From an uncultured bacterium (GTDB lineage Bacteria > Krumholzibacteriota > Krumholzibacteriia > LZORAL124-64-63): a stretch of 64,000 nucleotides of DNA. Positions 49,172 through 61,737 of the stretch are shown here, in pieces; the first letter of the stretch is position 1, and the number at the start of each line of letters is the position of its first letter. Under the pieces are notes generated by a model that was given only the letters and a program-made list of their open reading frames with translations, was not told the DNA's origin and made no database searches. The stretch spans positions 1,152,001 through 1,216,000 of the forward strand of contig CAVSZB010000007.1 of assembly GCA_963732385.1 (NCBI GenBank). The letters run 5' to 3'. A program made the position numbers and the translations under genes.

Positions 49172-50281
49172 ATGCGAGACGACAACAGGCGCGGCCGGTT
49201 TGATGACGAGGACAACCTGTTCAGCGAACTGCGCGCCGAATTGGACGCTGTCGATCAGAATGCGGATTCCGCGCCCGCCAGCCTCGGCCCGAAAGCACCC
49301 CCCGACCCGCCGGCGCAGAACCGACCCGGGGCGCCGACGGTCTCCGCCTATCCGCCCGAGGGTTTCGATTCCGACGAGGCGCTGGACCGCCTGCCTTCGC
49401 TACCCTCACGCGCCGGCCGTTCCCGCGGCGCGTCGTCGCGCGCGCCGGGCAAACGCCCGTCGCGTTTCATCCTCGGCGCCGTCTGCCTCGCGGTGGTGGG
49501 GGCCGTTTTCCTGTTCTGGCGGCCCGGTGGGAAGCCGGAAACGCCGCTCGGCGTCGGCGAGCACACCTCGACCGTCACGCAGGGGAGCGCCCGCTCCACC
49601 GCCGAGCCGGTCACCGAACCGGTCGACATCGCCGCGGAGGTGCGTCCGCTCGCGGCCGAGCAGGGGGCGGCGAGCGCCGACGCCGGAACACCGAGCGTCA
49701 GAACGCCGAGTCTGACCACGCCGACCAGCAAACGGCTGGTCATCACCCCCCCCCAGACCACCCCCCGAAGCGACCCCGTAAAGCCGGTCATTCAGCCCAA
49801 CGTCGGGACATCCCACTCCCCGGCGGCAACCGGCTCCGGCGCGCACGCCGTTGCACCCGCCACGTCCGGTACGGCGCGCGCGACCGGCGACGAGCCCCCG
49901 CGCAGCTTCGCGATCGATCCGGAGACGACTCCCCCGCCCGCCACGGCATCGGAATCGACGGCGCCCACCGCCCTCGCCGACGCCGCGGAAGCGCCTCCCA
50001 CAACCACCGTCTCAACGACCGCCTCCGGTGCGCAGCCCGCGACCGAAGGGGCGTGGGCGCTGCAGTTGGGCGCCTTCTCCACGCAGGAGAACGCCGACGC
50101 CCTGGCCGGGAAACTGCGCAGCCAGGGCCTGCGCCCCTATATTCAGGCCGGCAGCAGTTCGCGCGGCGGGCTGGTCTTCAAGGTCGCGATCGGCTACTTC
50201 GCCACGCGGGAAGCAGCCGTCGCATACGCGCGGAACAATGTGCGACTTCTGGGCCCGCAGGCGCTGCCGATCCACCGCTGA
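49172..50281 (+). CDS. SPOR-domain membrane protein (FtsN/DamX-like architecture)
   Basis: Single TM, Pro/Thr/Ala linker, WALQLGAFSTQENA...FKVAIGYFATREAA. Confidence 0.82.
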   Translation: MRDDNRRGRFDDEDNLFSELRAELDAVDQNADSAPASLGPKAPPDPPAQNRPGAPTVSAYPPEGFDSDEALDRLPSLPSRAGRSRGASSRAPGKRPSRFILGAVCLAVVGAVFLFWRPGGKPETPLGVGEHTSTVTQGSARSTAEPVTEPVDIAAEVRPLAAEQGAASADAGTPSVRTPSLTTPTSKRLVITPPQTTPRSDPVKPVIQPNVGTSHSPAATGSGAHAVAPATSGTARATGDEPPRSFAIDPETTPPPATASESTAPTALADAAEAPPTTTVSTTASGAQPATEGAWALQLGAFSTQENADALAGKLRSQGLRPYIQAGSSSRGGLVFKVAIGYFATREAAVAYARNNVRLLGPQALPIHR

Positions 50282-50359
50282 TCTCCCGGCCGCGGCCGCG
50301 CGCCGCGACAGGGCCGTGCCGGTTCGCGATTCGCCGACGCCGGCCGGCAGGAGGGCACC

Positions 50360-51352
50360 ATGCCGAACGCCGCCATCATCGGGACGGGGCACTATCTGCC
50401 GGAACGGGTCGTCACGAACGATGATCTGACGCGGCTGATGGACACGTCCGATGCCTGGATCCGCGAACGCACCGGGATCGCGGAGCGACGCTGGGTCGAG
50501 CCGGGCACCAGCGGCGCCGAACTCGCGCTGGCGGCGTCGCGGATGGCGCTCGCCGACGCCGGCCTCTCCGCCGCGGAGATCGATCTGCTCGTCTACGCCA
50601 CCGTCAACCCCGACTATGCGTTCCCCGGCAACGGGCCGCTGCTGCAGCAGGCGCTCGGCGTCGACACGATTGGCGCCATGGACATCCGCAACCAGTGCAC
50701 CGGGTTCGTGTACGGCATCGCAGCGGCGCATGGCTTCATCGCCTCCGGCGCGGCGCGGACGGTACTGGTCGTGGGCTCGGAGATCCACTCCACGGGGCTC
50801 GACGTGAGCACGCGCGGCCGGGACATGGCCGTGCTGTTCGGCGACGGCGCGGGCGCCGTCCTGCTGCGCGCCACGGACGAGGACCGCGGCGTGCTGGCGA
50901 GCGTTTTGCACAGCCAGGGCGAATTCGCGCGCGAGCTGTGGTGCGAGCTGGCCACGGCCCTCGTGCCTGGACGCTGGAACGACGCCCTGGCGGCGGAGGG
51001 ACGCCAGTATCCGAGCATGAACGGCCGCACCGTTTTCCAGCACGCCATCCGCCGCTTCGGCGAGGCGATCGACGAAGTACTCGCCAAGGCCGGCGTGGCC
51101 AAGGACGACGTGGCGCTGTTCGTGCCGCATCAGGCCAACCAGCGCATCACGGAAATGGTGATCCGTCGCCTGGGGGTCACCCCGGACCGGGTCTGCTCGA
51201 ATATCGAGCGCTACGGCAACACCACCGCCGCCTCGATCCCGATCGCCCTGAGCGAGGCGGTCCGCGCGGGCCGGGTCCGGCGCGGCGATCTGGTGGTGCT
51301 GGTGGGCTTTGGCTCCGGATTCACCTGGGGCGCCAACCTGATCCGGTGGTGA
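50360..51352 (+). CDS. fabH: 3-oxoacyl-ACP synthase III
   Basis: DTSDAWIRERTGI, NQCTGF, LFGDGAGA, PHQANQRI, YGNTTAASIP, GSGFTWG. Confidence 0.95.
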   Translation: MPNAAIIGTGHYLPERVVTNDDLTRLMDTSDAWIRERTGIAERRWVEPGTSGAELALAASRMALADAGLSAAEIDLLVYATVNPDYAFPGNGPLLQQALGVDTIGAMDIRNQCTGFVYGIAAAHGFIASGAARTVLVVGSEIHSTGLDVSTRGRDMAVLFGDGAGAVLLRATDEDRGVLASVLHSQGEFARELWCELATALVPGRWNDALAAEGRQYPSMNGRTVFQHAIRRFGEAIDEVLAKAGVAKDDVALFVPHQANQRITEMVIRRLGVTPDRVCSNIERYGNTTAASIPIALSEAVRAGRVRRGDLVVLVGFGSGFTWGANLIRW

Positions 51353-51519
51353 GCGGAAAACGGGTGGAACCGCAACTTCAAGCCTGCAAGAGGCTTGCCT
51401 TTGCACCTTTCGCTGGACGCCTTCCTCTCCCCTTCTATATTTGAGCCCGACGGACGCCGCCCTCCGCGCGCATCCCGGCGCCGGCCGCGTCAGTCCCATC
51501 CCCAACCCCGGCGGCAACC

Positions 51520-53427
51520 ATGTCCCACGACCTCCCTGTCAACGATCCCCGCCTGCGCGGTCCCCTGCCCGACCACGGCGCCTGGACCGCGGAGCAGTAC
51601 CGCGAACTCGGGCTGAAAGTGGGGCTCGAAATCCACCAGCAGCTGCTGACCGCGCACAAACTGTTCTGCCGCTGCCCCGCCGGCTGCTACACGCACGAAT
51701 TCGACGCCGAGATCCTGCGCCACATGCGCCCCACGCTGTCGGAACTGGGCGAGTACGACGGCACGGCGCTCATGGAGTTCAAGACGCACAAGGAAATCAT
51801 CTACCGGCTCAAGAACGAGTCGGTCTGCACCTACGAGATGGACGATGCCCCGCCGTTCGAGCTGAACGCCGAAGCGCTCGACCGCGCGGTGGCGATCGCG
51901 CTGCTGCTCGGCTGCCAGGTCGTGGGCGAGGTGCACATCGCGCGCAAGCAGTACCTCGACGGCAGCATCCCGACCGGCTTTCAGCGCACCGCCATCGTCG
52001 GTGTGGCCGGCAAGGTGCCGTTTCGCGGCCGCGAGATCTTCATCCGCCAGCTCGCGATCGAGGAGGACTCCTGCCGCGAGGTGAGCGACCGCGGCCACAT
52101 CCGCACCTACCGCACCGACCGCCTCGGCATGCCGCTCATCGAGACGGTTACCGATCCGGATATGCGGACGCCGGAGGAAGCGGCGGCCGCGGGGCAGCTC
52201 CTGCGCAGGCTGGTGCGCGTGACCGGGCTGGTGCGGACCGGCGCCGGCGCCGCCCGGCAGGACGTGAACGTCAGCATCGAGGGTGGCACCCGCATCGAGA
52301 TCAAGGGGGTGCACAGCCTGCGCGCGATCCCGGCGCTCGTGCATTGCGAGGCGCTGCGCCAGCGCAGCCTGCTGGCCATCCGCGACGTGCTGCGCGAACG
52401 GGGCGTGCAGGCCGAGGCGCTCAAGGACCGCACCGTGGACGTCACGCCGATCCTGCGCACGACCGGCTGCGTCTTCATCCGCCGCGCGCTCGACGAAGGC
52501 GCGGTGGCCGGGGCCATCCCTCTGCCCGGATTCGGTGGACTGCTGGAAGCCCCCACGCAACCGCGCACCACGTTCCTGCGGGAGTTCTCCGACCGCGTCC
52601 GCGTCATTGCCTGTCTCGACGAGGCGCCCAATCTCGTCAGCTCCACGCTCGAGGGGACGCTTTCGAGCAACGAGTGGGTGCGCATCGGCAAGGCGTGCGG
52701 AGTCTCTCCCGAAACCCCGGTACTGGTGGTCTGGGGGGGGGCCGAAGACGTCGCCACAGCCGGCCGCGAGATCATGCTGCGCGCGCGCGAGGCGACGCTC
52801 GGCGTGCCGTCGGAAACGCGCCAGGCGCTCGACGACGGCACGAACGCGTTCGAGCGCATCCTGCCCGGCCCCAACCGGATGTATCCCGATACCGACCTGC
52901 CGCCGGTATGCCTCGAGGACGCGCGGGTGCATGGCATCGCAGCCGACCTGCCCGAGCCGCCGTGGCAGCGGCAACAGCGGCTGAGCGAACTCGGTGTCGG
53001 CGAGGATCTTGCCGAGCGCCTGGCGCGCCACCGCGCCTACGATCTCTTCCTCCATCTGGAGTCCCGGTTGAAAGCCGGAACGGCCGCCTCGCCCCAGGGT
53101 TTGGCCTCGCTGCTGCTCGATCGCTGCTGCCCCCGCCCGCCCAGTCTGGCCGCCGCCGGCCAATGGTGGGAACGGGTCGTGGAGCGCCTGGCGCGGGGCG
53201 AGATCCTGCCGGAGGGGATCTGGACCAGCGATGACGAACCTCCCGCCGCCTGTCCCGACCCGGAGGCCCGCCGCCTGGCGAACGCCGCGCTCGCGGCGTT
53301 GCCGCCCGATGGCCCCGCCGAACCGGCCCAGCGCGAGGAGTGGACGATGGGGCATGTGATGCGCGCGTTGCGCGGCCGGGTGCCCGGCCGGCGGGTCCGC
53401 GCCTGGCTTAAGGAGGCGCGCCCGTGA
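51520..53427 (+). CDS. gatE: Glu-tRNA(Gln) amidotransferase subunit E
   Basis: LGLKVGLEIHQQL..KLFCRCP, RPTLSELGEYD, RKQYLDGSIPTGFQRT, EEDS, DRLGMPLIE, RQDVNVSIEGGTRIEIKGV, internal insertion absent from GatB, GVPSETR...RMYPDTDLPP. Confidence 0.92.
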   Translation: MSHDLPVNDPRLRGPLPDHGAWTAEQYRELGLKVGLEIHQQLLTAHKLFCRCPAGCYTHEFDAEILRHMRPTLSELGEYDGTALMEFKTHKEIIYRLKNESVCTYEMDDAPPFELNAEALDRAVAIALLLGCQVVGEVHIARKQYLDGSIPTGFQRTAIVGVAGKVPFRGREIFIRQLAIEEDSCREVSDRGHIRTYRTDRLGMPLIETVTDPDMRTPEEAAAAGQLLRRLVRVTGLVRTGAGAARQDVNVSIEGGTRIEIKGVHSLRAIPALVHCEALRQRSLLAIRDVLRERGVQAEALKDRTVDVTPILRTTGCVFIRRALDEGAVAGAIPLPGFGGLLEAPTQPRTTFLREFSDRVRVIACLDEAPNLVSSTLEGTLSSNEWVRIGKACGVSPETPVLVVWGGAEDVATAGREIMLRAREATLGVPSETRQALDDGTNAFERILPGPNRMYPDTDLPPVCLEDARVHGIAADLPEPPWQRQQRLSELGVGEDLAERLARHRAYDLFLHLESRLKAGTAASPQGLASLLLDRCCPRPPSLAAAGQWWERVVERLARGEILPEGIWTSDDEPPAACPDPEARRLANAALAALPPDGPAEPAQREEWTMGHVMRALRGRVPGRRVRAWLKEARP

Positions 53428-54806
53428 GCGACGAATGGAAGGGCTATCGCGATCCGACCCTTGCAGTGCTGAAAGCGCACGGCGCGCGGGTCTGGAGCGA
53501 GGCCACGGTCCACACCACGCGTGGCGATTTCGCCGGCTTGATCCTGCCGCGCAGCGAAACGGCCGACCGGGAGCATGTCGTGCTCAAGCTGGAGACCGGC
53601 TACAACGTCGGGCTGCGCTTCGACACCGTCACCGGCATCGACGTGCACGGCCACAAGGAAGCGCACTACAAGATTCCGGAGAAGGCGTTTCCGTACGACC
53701 CCGTCAAGCCGCGCGTGAAGCTGTTCGGCACCGGCGGTACGATCGCCAGCCGGCTCGACTACCGCACCGGCGCCGTCATTCCCGCCTTCTCGCCGGGCGA
53801 ACTGTACGGCTCGGTGCCGGAGCTGGCCGACGTGTGCAATCTCGAGACCGAGAAACTGTACGGCGTCTTCAGCGAGAACATGGGGCCGGAGCAGTGGATC
53901 GGCACGGCCGAAGCGGTCGCGCGAGAGATCGAGAAGGGGGTGGCCGGAATCGTGATCGGCCACGGCACCGACACGATGCACCACACGGCGGCCATCCTGT
54001 CGTTCATGCTGCAGGACCTGCCGGTGCCGGTGGTGATGGTCGGCAGTCAGCGTTCCAGCGACCGCCCGTCGTCCGACGCCGCCATCAACCTGATCAACGC
54101 GGCCCGCACCGCCGCCACGAGCGACATCGCCGAGGTCATGGTCTGCATGTTCGGCCCCACGAGCGACCAGTACGACCTGCTCCACCGCGGCACGCGGGTG
54201 CGCAAGATGCACTCCAGCTACCGCTCGACCTTCCGCACGATCGGCGACGTGCCGCTCGGGCGCGTCGACGCCGGCGGCGTAACGCCGTTCCGCGCCGACT
54301 ACCGTCACCGCCGCGATGACAACCGGGTCACCCTCAATACCGGCTTCGACGACCGTGCGGCGATCGTCTACTACTATCCCGGCATGAAACCGGACATCAT
54401 CGACTCGCTCGTGGACCACGGATACCGCGGCATCGTCATCGCCGGCACCGGGCTCGGGCACGTGAATCGGCCCCTCTACCCGGCGTTGCGCCGCGCGCAC
54501 GAGGCCGGCGTGGCCATGTTCATGACCGTGCAGACCCTCTGGGGCTACGTCCAGATGTACGTCTACGAAACCGGCCGCGAGATCATGGAACTGGGCGTCG
54601 TGCCGGCCGCGAACATGCTGCCCGAGGTGGCCTACATGAAACTGGGCTGGGCTCTGGCGCAGACCCAGGATCTCGCCGAGGTGGAACGCATCATGCTCAC
54701 GCCGATCGCCGGCGAGATCACCGAGCGCGAACCGCACAACGGCTACCTGGTGCTGCAGGGCGGAATTCCCGAGGTGGACCGGTTCATCTCCCAGTACTGG
54801 AAGTAG
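53424..54806 (+). CDS. gatD: Glu-tRNA(Gln) amidotransferase subunit D (asparaginase fold)
   Basis: GatD N-domain HVVLKLETGYNVG, TGGTIASRLDYRTGAV, HGTDT, GSQRSSDRPSSDA, HRGTRVRKMHS, GTGLGHV, MLPEVAYMKL; GTGA overlap with gatE. Confidence 0.93.
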   Translation: MSDEWKGYRDPTLAVLKAHGARVWSEATVHTTRGDFAGLILPRSETADREHVVLKLETGYNVGLRFDTVTGIDVHGHKEAHYKIPEKAFPYDPVKPRVKLFGTGGTIASRLDYRTGAVIPAFSPGELYGSVPELADVCNLETEKLYGVFSENMGPEQWIGTAEAVAREIEKGVAGIVIGHGTDTMHHTAAILSFMLQDLPVPVVMVGSQRSSDRPSSDAAINLINAARTAATSDIAEVMVCMFGPTSDQYDLLHRGTRVRKMHSSYRSTFRTIGDVPLGRVDAGGVTPFRADYRHRRDDNRVTLNTGFDDRAAIVYYYPGMKPDIIDSLVDHGYRGIVIAGTGLGHVNRPLYPALRRAHEAGVAMFMTVQTLWGYVQMYVYETGREIMELGVVPAANMLPEVAYMKLGWALAQTQDLAEVERIMLTPIAGEITEREPHNGYLVLQGGIPEVDRFISQYWK

Positions 54807-54837
54807 TCCCCCCCGCGCGGGGAACGCGCGTGTCGCT

Positions 54838-55077
54838 TCAGTGGCAGCCGCAGCCGCCGCACTTGTGCCCGCCGCCCGAGCCGCAGCCGCCGCCGCACCC
54901 GCCGCAGCCGGCATGACCGCCGGCCTGACGCGCTCCACCGGTCACGGCGAACGCCGACACCGCCTTGCGCACGCGGCGCGAACCGCAGTCGGGACACGGG
55001 ACCTTCGCCGACGACGTCGGCACCAGTTCCTCGAACCGGCCGCCGCACTTGCCACACACGAATTCAAAAATCGGCAC
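54838..55077 (-). CDS. FmdB-family zinc-ribbon protein with Cys/Gly-rich tail
   Basis: MPIFEFVCGKCGGRFEEL...CPDCGS..VRKAVSAF...GCGGCGGGCGS..KCGGCGCH. Confidence 0.85.
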   Translation of the reverse strand: MPIFEFVCGKCGGRFEELVPTSSAKVPCPDCGSRRVRKAVSAFAVTGGARQAGGHAGCGGCGGGCGSGGGHKCGGCGCH

Positions 55078-55094
55078 GGCACTCTCCCGGCGAC

Positions 55095-57182
<2,088 letters not shown>

Positions 57183-57312
57183 GAGAATACAGTCCTTCCC
57201 GGGCGGAGAGACGCCACAACTGCGGGCAGTCTAGCCTGTCGGCAGCCCCCGGGCAAGCGGCCGTGACCAGCCGCCGCGAGCGGTCCCGCGCTCGCCAACG
57301 CCCCCGCTCGGC

Positions 57313-58251
57313 TCAGTCGGGAAGCGCCCCGTCCGCCTGGCTGACCAGCCGCGCCCCCGGCGGGACCGAACTGGTGATCCAGCACCCGCCGCCGATCACG
57401 GCGCCGCGTCCGATGACGGTCCGGCCGCCGAGGATCGTGGCGTTGGCGTAGATGGTGACGTCGTCCTCGATGGTGGGATGGCGCTTGCCCCCCCGGGCGA
57501 TGCTGCCGTCGGGGTTGCGCGGGAAGCTGAGCGCGCCCAGCGTCACCCCCTGGTACAGCTTCACGTTCGCGCCGATGACGGTCGTCTCTCCGATCACCAC
57601 GCCCGTGCCGTGATCGATGAAGAAACCGGGCCCGATCCGCGCTCCGGGGTGGATGTCGACCCCCGTGCGGCCATGCGCCCACTCACTCATGATCCGCGGG
57701 ATGAGCGGCACGCCGGCCGCGTAGAGCGGGGACGCGAGCCGGTACACCGCCCCGGCGAAGGCGCCGGGATAGCAGAGGATGATCTCGTCGCGGCTGACCG
57801 CCGCCGGATCGCCGTTGAAGGCCGCCTCCACGTCGCCCGCCAGCAGGGCGCGCACCGCCGGCAGCTGGTCGAGGTACTCCCGCGCGATCCGCTCGCCGGC
57901 CCGCGCGAACCCCTCAGCTCCCTCGTCGCCCTCGGGAGTCCAGAGTTTCGCGCAGTGGCAACGCTCCCGGTAGCAGAAACGCAGGGCGCGTGCGATCACG
58001 TCCGTCAGTTCAAGGCACAGGGCGTCGAGTCGCGCCGCAACGAGCACCGCAAGATCGGCGCGCGCCGGCACGTGTCCGCCGTGATAGCCGGGAAAGATCA
58101 CCGTCAACAGCTGGCGCAAGATCTCCTCGATCCGCGCCTGCGATGGCAGGTCCTTCTCACCCACGCGATTGACCCCGCCGAAACCGGCGTAGGAATCGAC
58201 GATCGCCCGCGCGAGGTCGTCCCGACGCGGCCCCCAGTCCTGCGTATCCAA
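57313..58251 (-). CDS. cysE: Serine O-acetyltransferase
   Basis: GDPAA..DEIILCYPG, TGVDIHPGARIG.GFFIDHGTGVVIGET, KRHPTI. Confidence 0.92.
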   Translation of the reverse strand: MDTQDWGPRRDDLARAIVDSYAGFGGVNRVGEKDLPSQARIEEILRQLLTVIFPGYHGGHVPARADLAVLVAARLDALCLELTDVIARALRFCYRERCHCAKLWTPEGDEGAEGFARAGERIAREYLDQLPAVRALLAGDVEAAFNGDPAAVSRDEIILCYPGAFAGAVYRLASPLYAAGVPLIPRIMSEWAHGRTGVDIHPGARIGPGFFIDHGTGVVIGETTVIGANVKLYQGVTLGALSFPRNPDGSIARGGKRHPTIEDDVTIYANATILGGRTVIGRGAVIGGGCWITSSVPPGARLVSQADGALPD

Positions 58252-58276
58252 AGCCGCCTCCCCGTCGGGGACCAGG

Positions 58277-59254
58277 TCAGTCCATGAACTCGCGGAACAG
58301 ATCGGAGGTCAGGTAGCGCTCCCCGGAACTCGCGAGGATGACCACGATCCGTCGTCCGGACATTTCGGGCCGTCGCGCCACCAGCAGCGCCGCGTGCAGC
58401 GCGGCCCCCGAGGAGATACCCACGAACAGCCCCTCCTCCCGTGCGGCGCGGCGCGCCATGATCAGCGACTCCTCGCTGGTCACGCACACGATCTCGTCGA
58501 TCAGGGTCGTGTCGAGGATTGCCGGCACGAAACCGGCGCCGATCCCCTGGATCCGGTGCGGTCCCGGAGCCCCTCCGGACAGGACGGGCGATTCCGCCGG
58601 CTCCACCGCCACGCAGCGGAATTCCGGGTTGCGCCGCTTCAGCACCGAGCCGACTCCCGTCAGCGTGCCGCCCGTGCCGACGCCCGACACGAGCACGTCC
58701 ACCCGCCCTCCCGTGTCGCGCCAGATCTCCTCGGCGGTCGTGCGGCGGTGGGCCTCGGGGTTGGCCGGATTCTCGAACTGCTGCGGCATGAAGGCCCCGG
58801 GGCGCTGCGCCATCAACCCGACCGCCCGCGCCATCGCCCCCTTCATCCCCTCAGCGGCCGGCGTGAGCACCAGCTCGCAGCCGAGCGCGCGCAGGATGGC
58901 GCGCCGCTCGCGCGACATGCTCTCGGGCATGGTCAGCGTCAGCCGGTAACCCCGGGCGGCACAGACGAAAGCCAGCCCGATGCCGGTGTTGCCCGACGTG
59001 GACTCGATGACCTCCTGGCCGGGATGCAGGAGGCCGTCCCGCTCCGCCGCCTCGATCATGGCCAGCGCGATGCGGTCCTTGACGCTGGACATCGGATTGA
59101 AGAATTCCAGCTTCGCCACGACATCGGCCGCGGTCGCGTTCAGTTTCGGCAGCCGGACCAGCGGCGTGTCGCCGATCAGGGACAGGATGTCGCGCTGGAT
59201 GTGCTCGCCGGCGGCCGCGCCGGCCGCTCCCGCGGGGTGTGTGTCCATGGCCAT
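58277..59254 (-). CDS. cysK: Cysteine synthase A
   Basis: [49 protein letters not shown]. Confidence 0.95.
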   Translation of the reverse strand: MAMDTHPAGAAGAAAGEHIQRDILSLIGDTPLVRLPKLNATAADVVAKLEFFNPMSSVKDRIALAMIEAAERDGLLHPGQEVIESTSGNTGIGLAFVCAARGYRLTLTMPESMSRERRAILRALGCELVLTPAAEGMKGAMARAVGLMAQRPGAFMPQQFENPANPEAHRRTTAEEIWRDTGGRVDVLVSGVGTGGTLTGVGSVLKRRNPEFRCVAVEPAESPVLSGGAPGPHRIQGIGAGFVPAILDTTLIDEIVCVTSEESLIMARRAAREEGLFVGISSGAALHAALLVARRPEMSGRRIVVILASSGERYLTSDLFREFMD

Positions 59255-59551
59255 GTCCTCCGGCAGGTTGTCCCGCCAAGCTATGGTCGAACGGAGCGGG
59301 CGTCCAGAGGGCGGAGCGCCGGACGGCGCTCAGCCGGACGCCACGCCGCACACGACCCGCTGTCCAAACTCCCGCCATGGACTATAATGATGGGACAATT
59401 CGGCTCGATCCGGCGAGGCCGCGCCCGGAACCGCCGGCCGGATGCCACGGGCCCGAACTTCGGGCGCGATCCGCTCGCCGGGAACCTGGACGGGGCCGGC
59501 GCTGTAAACCGCCGATTCCCGACGCGCCCCCGTGTCACAAACGCAAGGACG

Positions 59552-60628
59552 GTGGATAAAGAGATGTTGCGCACACGAGACCTTTTCGGACGCCGGGGCT
59601 GGATCGCCCCGGTTCTCATCCTGGTGATGACCGCCGCGGCGGTGTCCTCCCCGGCCCAGGACCTGCCCCAGGGCTTCGCCTCCATCTCCGTGCAGCCCGA
59701 GACGCTCGATTTCGGCACGATGGAGCGCAACCAGTCCCGCACGCAGGAACTGACCATTCGGAACGACGGCGGGATCGACCTCGATATCCGCGACGTGACC
59801 TCGTCCTGCGGCTGCACCGTGGCCGAACCCGGCAACCGGAAGATCAAACCAGGCCAATCGACCACCCTCACCGTCACCTTCAACAGCGGGGAATTCCAGG
59901 GACCGCAGCACAAGACCGTGACAATCCGTTCGAATGACGTGGCCACGCCGGCCCTGGAGATCGTCGTCACCGCCGACGTGCATGTCTCGATATTGCTCGA
60001 TCCCGTGCGACCGCTGTTCGCTTTCAGACACGCCCGCCGCGGGGAGCGTGAGGAGCGGCAGGCCACTTTCACGGCGTTGGACATTCCGCAGCTCGAGTTG
60101 AAGGCGGAACGCGTGCGGGCGGATCTGTTCGAGGTCAGGATCCAGAACGGCGTCGACGGCGATCCGCGCCGGGGAATCGTCACGCTGAGTATCCGGCCCG
60201 ACGCCCCCTACGGTTCAATCAACGAGATCGTGCGCATCGGCACCAACGATCCGAAACATCCGTCGATCGATTTCGAAGTGTTCGGCGAAGTCCTGCACGA
60301 CCTCGAAGTCAACCCGACGCAGGTGAATCTCCGCTACGTGGAACGCGGCAAGCCGGTCCGCCGCGAATTGCGGGTGAAGGCCACCTTCACGGGGCTGAAG
60401 TTCAAGGTGACCGACGCGCAGATCGACCTGCCGGAATTCAAGGTGACCATCGAGCAGCGCGCGACCGGGGAGGATGCCGTCATCGTGCTGAGCGGAACCC
60501 CGATCGCCCCGACCGACCCGCGCGCGATCGCCGCGCAGGGACGCATGCAGGGCACTCTGCGCATCTTCACGAACCACCCCGAGCAGCCTGAACTGCAGGT
60601 TAAGGTCACCTACCTGCTGCGCCTGTGA
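59552..60628 (+). CDS. Exported DUF1573 (Ig-like repeat) protein
   Basis: Signal peptide, LDFG, IRDVTSSCGCT, IKPGQS, KTVTIRSND; start GTG 59552 or ATG 59564. Confidence 0.8.
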   Translation: MDKEMLRTRDLFGRRGWIAPVLILVMTAAAVSSPAQDLPQGFASISVQPETLDFGTMERNQSRTQELTIRNDGGIDLDIRDVTSSCGCTVAEPGNRKIKPGQSTTLTVTFNSGEFQGPQHKTVTIRSNDVATPALEIVVTADVHVSILLDPVRPLFAFRHARRGEREERQATFTALDIPQLELKAERVRADLFEVRIQNGVDGDPRRGIVTLSIRPDAPYGSINEIVRIGTNDPKHPSIDFEVFGEVLHDLEVNPTQVNLRYVERGKPVRRELRVKATFTGLKFKVTDAQIDLPEFKVTIEQRATGEDAVIVLSGTPIAPTDPRAIAAQGRMQGTLRIFTNHPEQPELQVKVTYLLRL

Positions 60629-61122
60629 AAGCGTTTCTCCTCCCGCGGCGCGGCACGGCGCCGCGGGAGGCCCTGTTTCTGCTGGGCCTCGCCCTGCTGC
60701 TGACGGCCGCTTCGTGGATGACCCGCACTCCGCGTCTGCCGCTGCGCGTCGATTCACGGACCTACCGCCTCGAACTGGGCTTTCCGGTCCTCAGCCCGAC
60801 GGCCGCGCTGGCCCTCTATCAGGCGGGCGAACACCTGTTCATCGATCTGCGCGACGTCGACCCCGCCGTGACGCCGCACATTCCCGGCTCGTTCTCCGTC
60901 CGCGAGGCCTCATTCGCGAACGACCTGCTGGCGGCGCACGAATTCCTCGGCCCGCAGGAGAAAGTGATCCTGTGCGGCGACGGCAACCTGCCGGCCGCCG
61001 CGGCCATGGCGGCGCGTCTGCGCGACCGGGGCTATGACGACATCAGCCTGCTCGAGGGGGATCTGTCGGCGTGGCGCCGGGCGGGAGGCTCCGTCTCCGG
61101 CGGGAAGGGCGACCATGAATAG
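60625..61122 (+). CDS. Membrane-anchored rhodanese-like protein
   Basis: N-terminal TM, FIDLRD, HIPGS, LEGDLSAWRRAG. Confidence 0.78.
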   Translation: MKAFLLPRRGTAPREALFLLGLALLLTAASWMTRTPRLPLRVDSRTYRLELGFPVLSPTAALALYQAGEHLFIDLRDVDPAVTPHIPGSFSVREASFANDLLAAHEFLGPQEKVILCGDGNLPAAAAMAARLRDRGYDDISLLEGDLSAWRRAGGSVSGGKGDHE

Positions 61123-61624
61123 CCCCCACGCCACGCAAACACCGGCCCCCGCCTGGCCGGCCGCTCTGGGACTCGCCTGCCGATTCGCCGCCGGCGCTAC
61201 CTTCCTGTACGCCTCGCTCGACAAGATCGCCGACCCCGCCGGCTTCGCGCGGGCGATCTTCCATTACCGCCTGCTGCCGACGGCGCTGCTCCACCCGTTC
61301 GCGCTCCTGCTGCCGTGGCTCGAGGCGGTGGCCGGCGTCGCTCTGCTGGCCGGCCTGCTGCGCCGCGGCGCGGCGCTGCTCGCCACCGCCATGACCGTGA
61401 TGTTCCTCGGGGCGATCGCCGCGGCGCTGGCGCGCGGGCTGGACATCACCTGCGGCTGCTTCCACACCGAGGGGGGCCACGCCGTAGGCGTCGGTCTGCT
61501 GTGGCGCGATCTGGCCCTGCTCGCCGCCTGCCTGGCGCCTCTTTGGCTGGGGGAACACGATCGCTGGACCCTCGACGCGCTGCGCCCCCGGCGCCGACGG
61601 ACGGGGTGCCCCGCAGGCGACTGA
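61115..61624 (+). CDS. MauE/DoxX-family membrane protein
   Basis: YASLDKIADP..F..AI.HY, LPWLE, RGLDITCGCF, WRD. Confidence 0.85.
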   Translation: MNSPHATQTPAPAWPAALGLACRFAAGATFLYASLDKIADPAGFARAIFHYRLLPTALLHPFALLLPWLEAVAGVALLAGLLRRGAALLATAMTVMFLGAIAAALARGLDITCGCFHTEGGHAVGVGLLWRDLALLAACLAPLWLGEHDRWTLDALRPRRRRTGCPAGD

Positions 61625-61737
61625 TATTGGGATTTCCGATCGCTCGTCGCGATTGACAGCCGGCCCTCAACGCTTCATTTTCCGCAGTGGAACCGACTCG
61701 CCCCGATCACCGACCGTTCAGACCAAAGGAGCCGCCC

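Noticed and set aside
53424..54806. Plain L-asparaginase next to gatB
   Set aside because: The GatD-specific N-domain and SSDRPSSD motif, GatE-type motifs in the partner and the absence of adjacent gatA/gatC favour GatDE.
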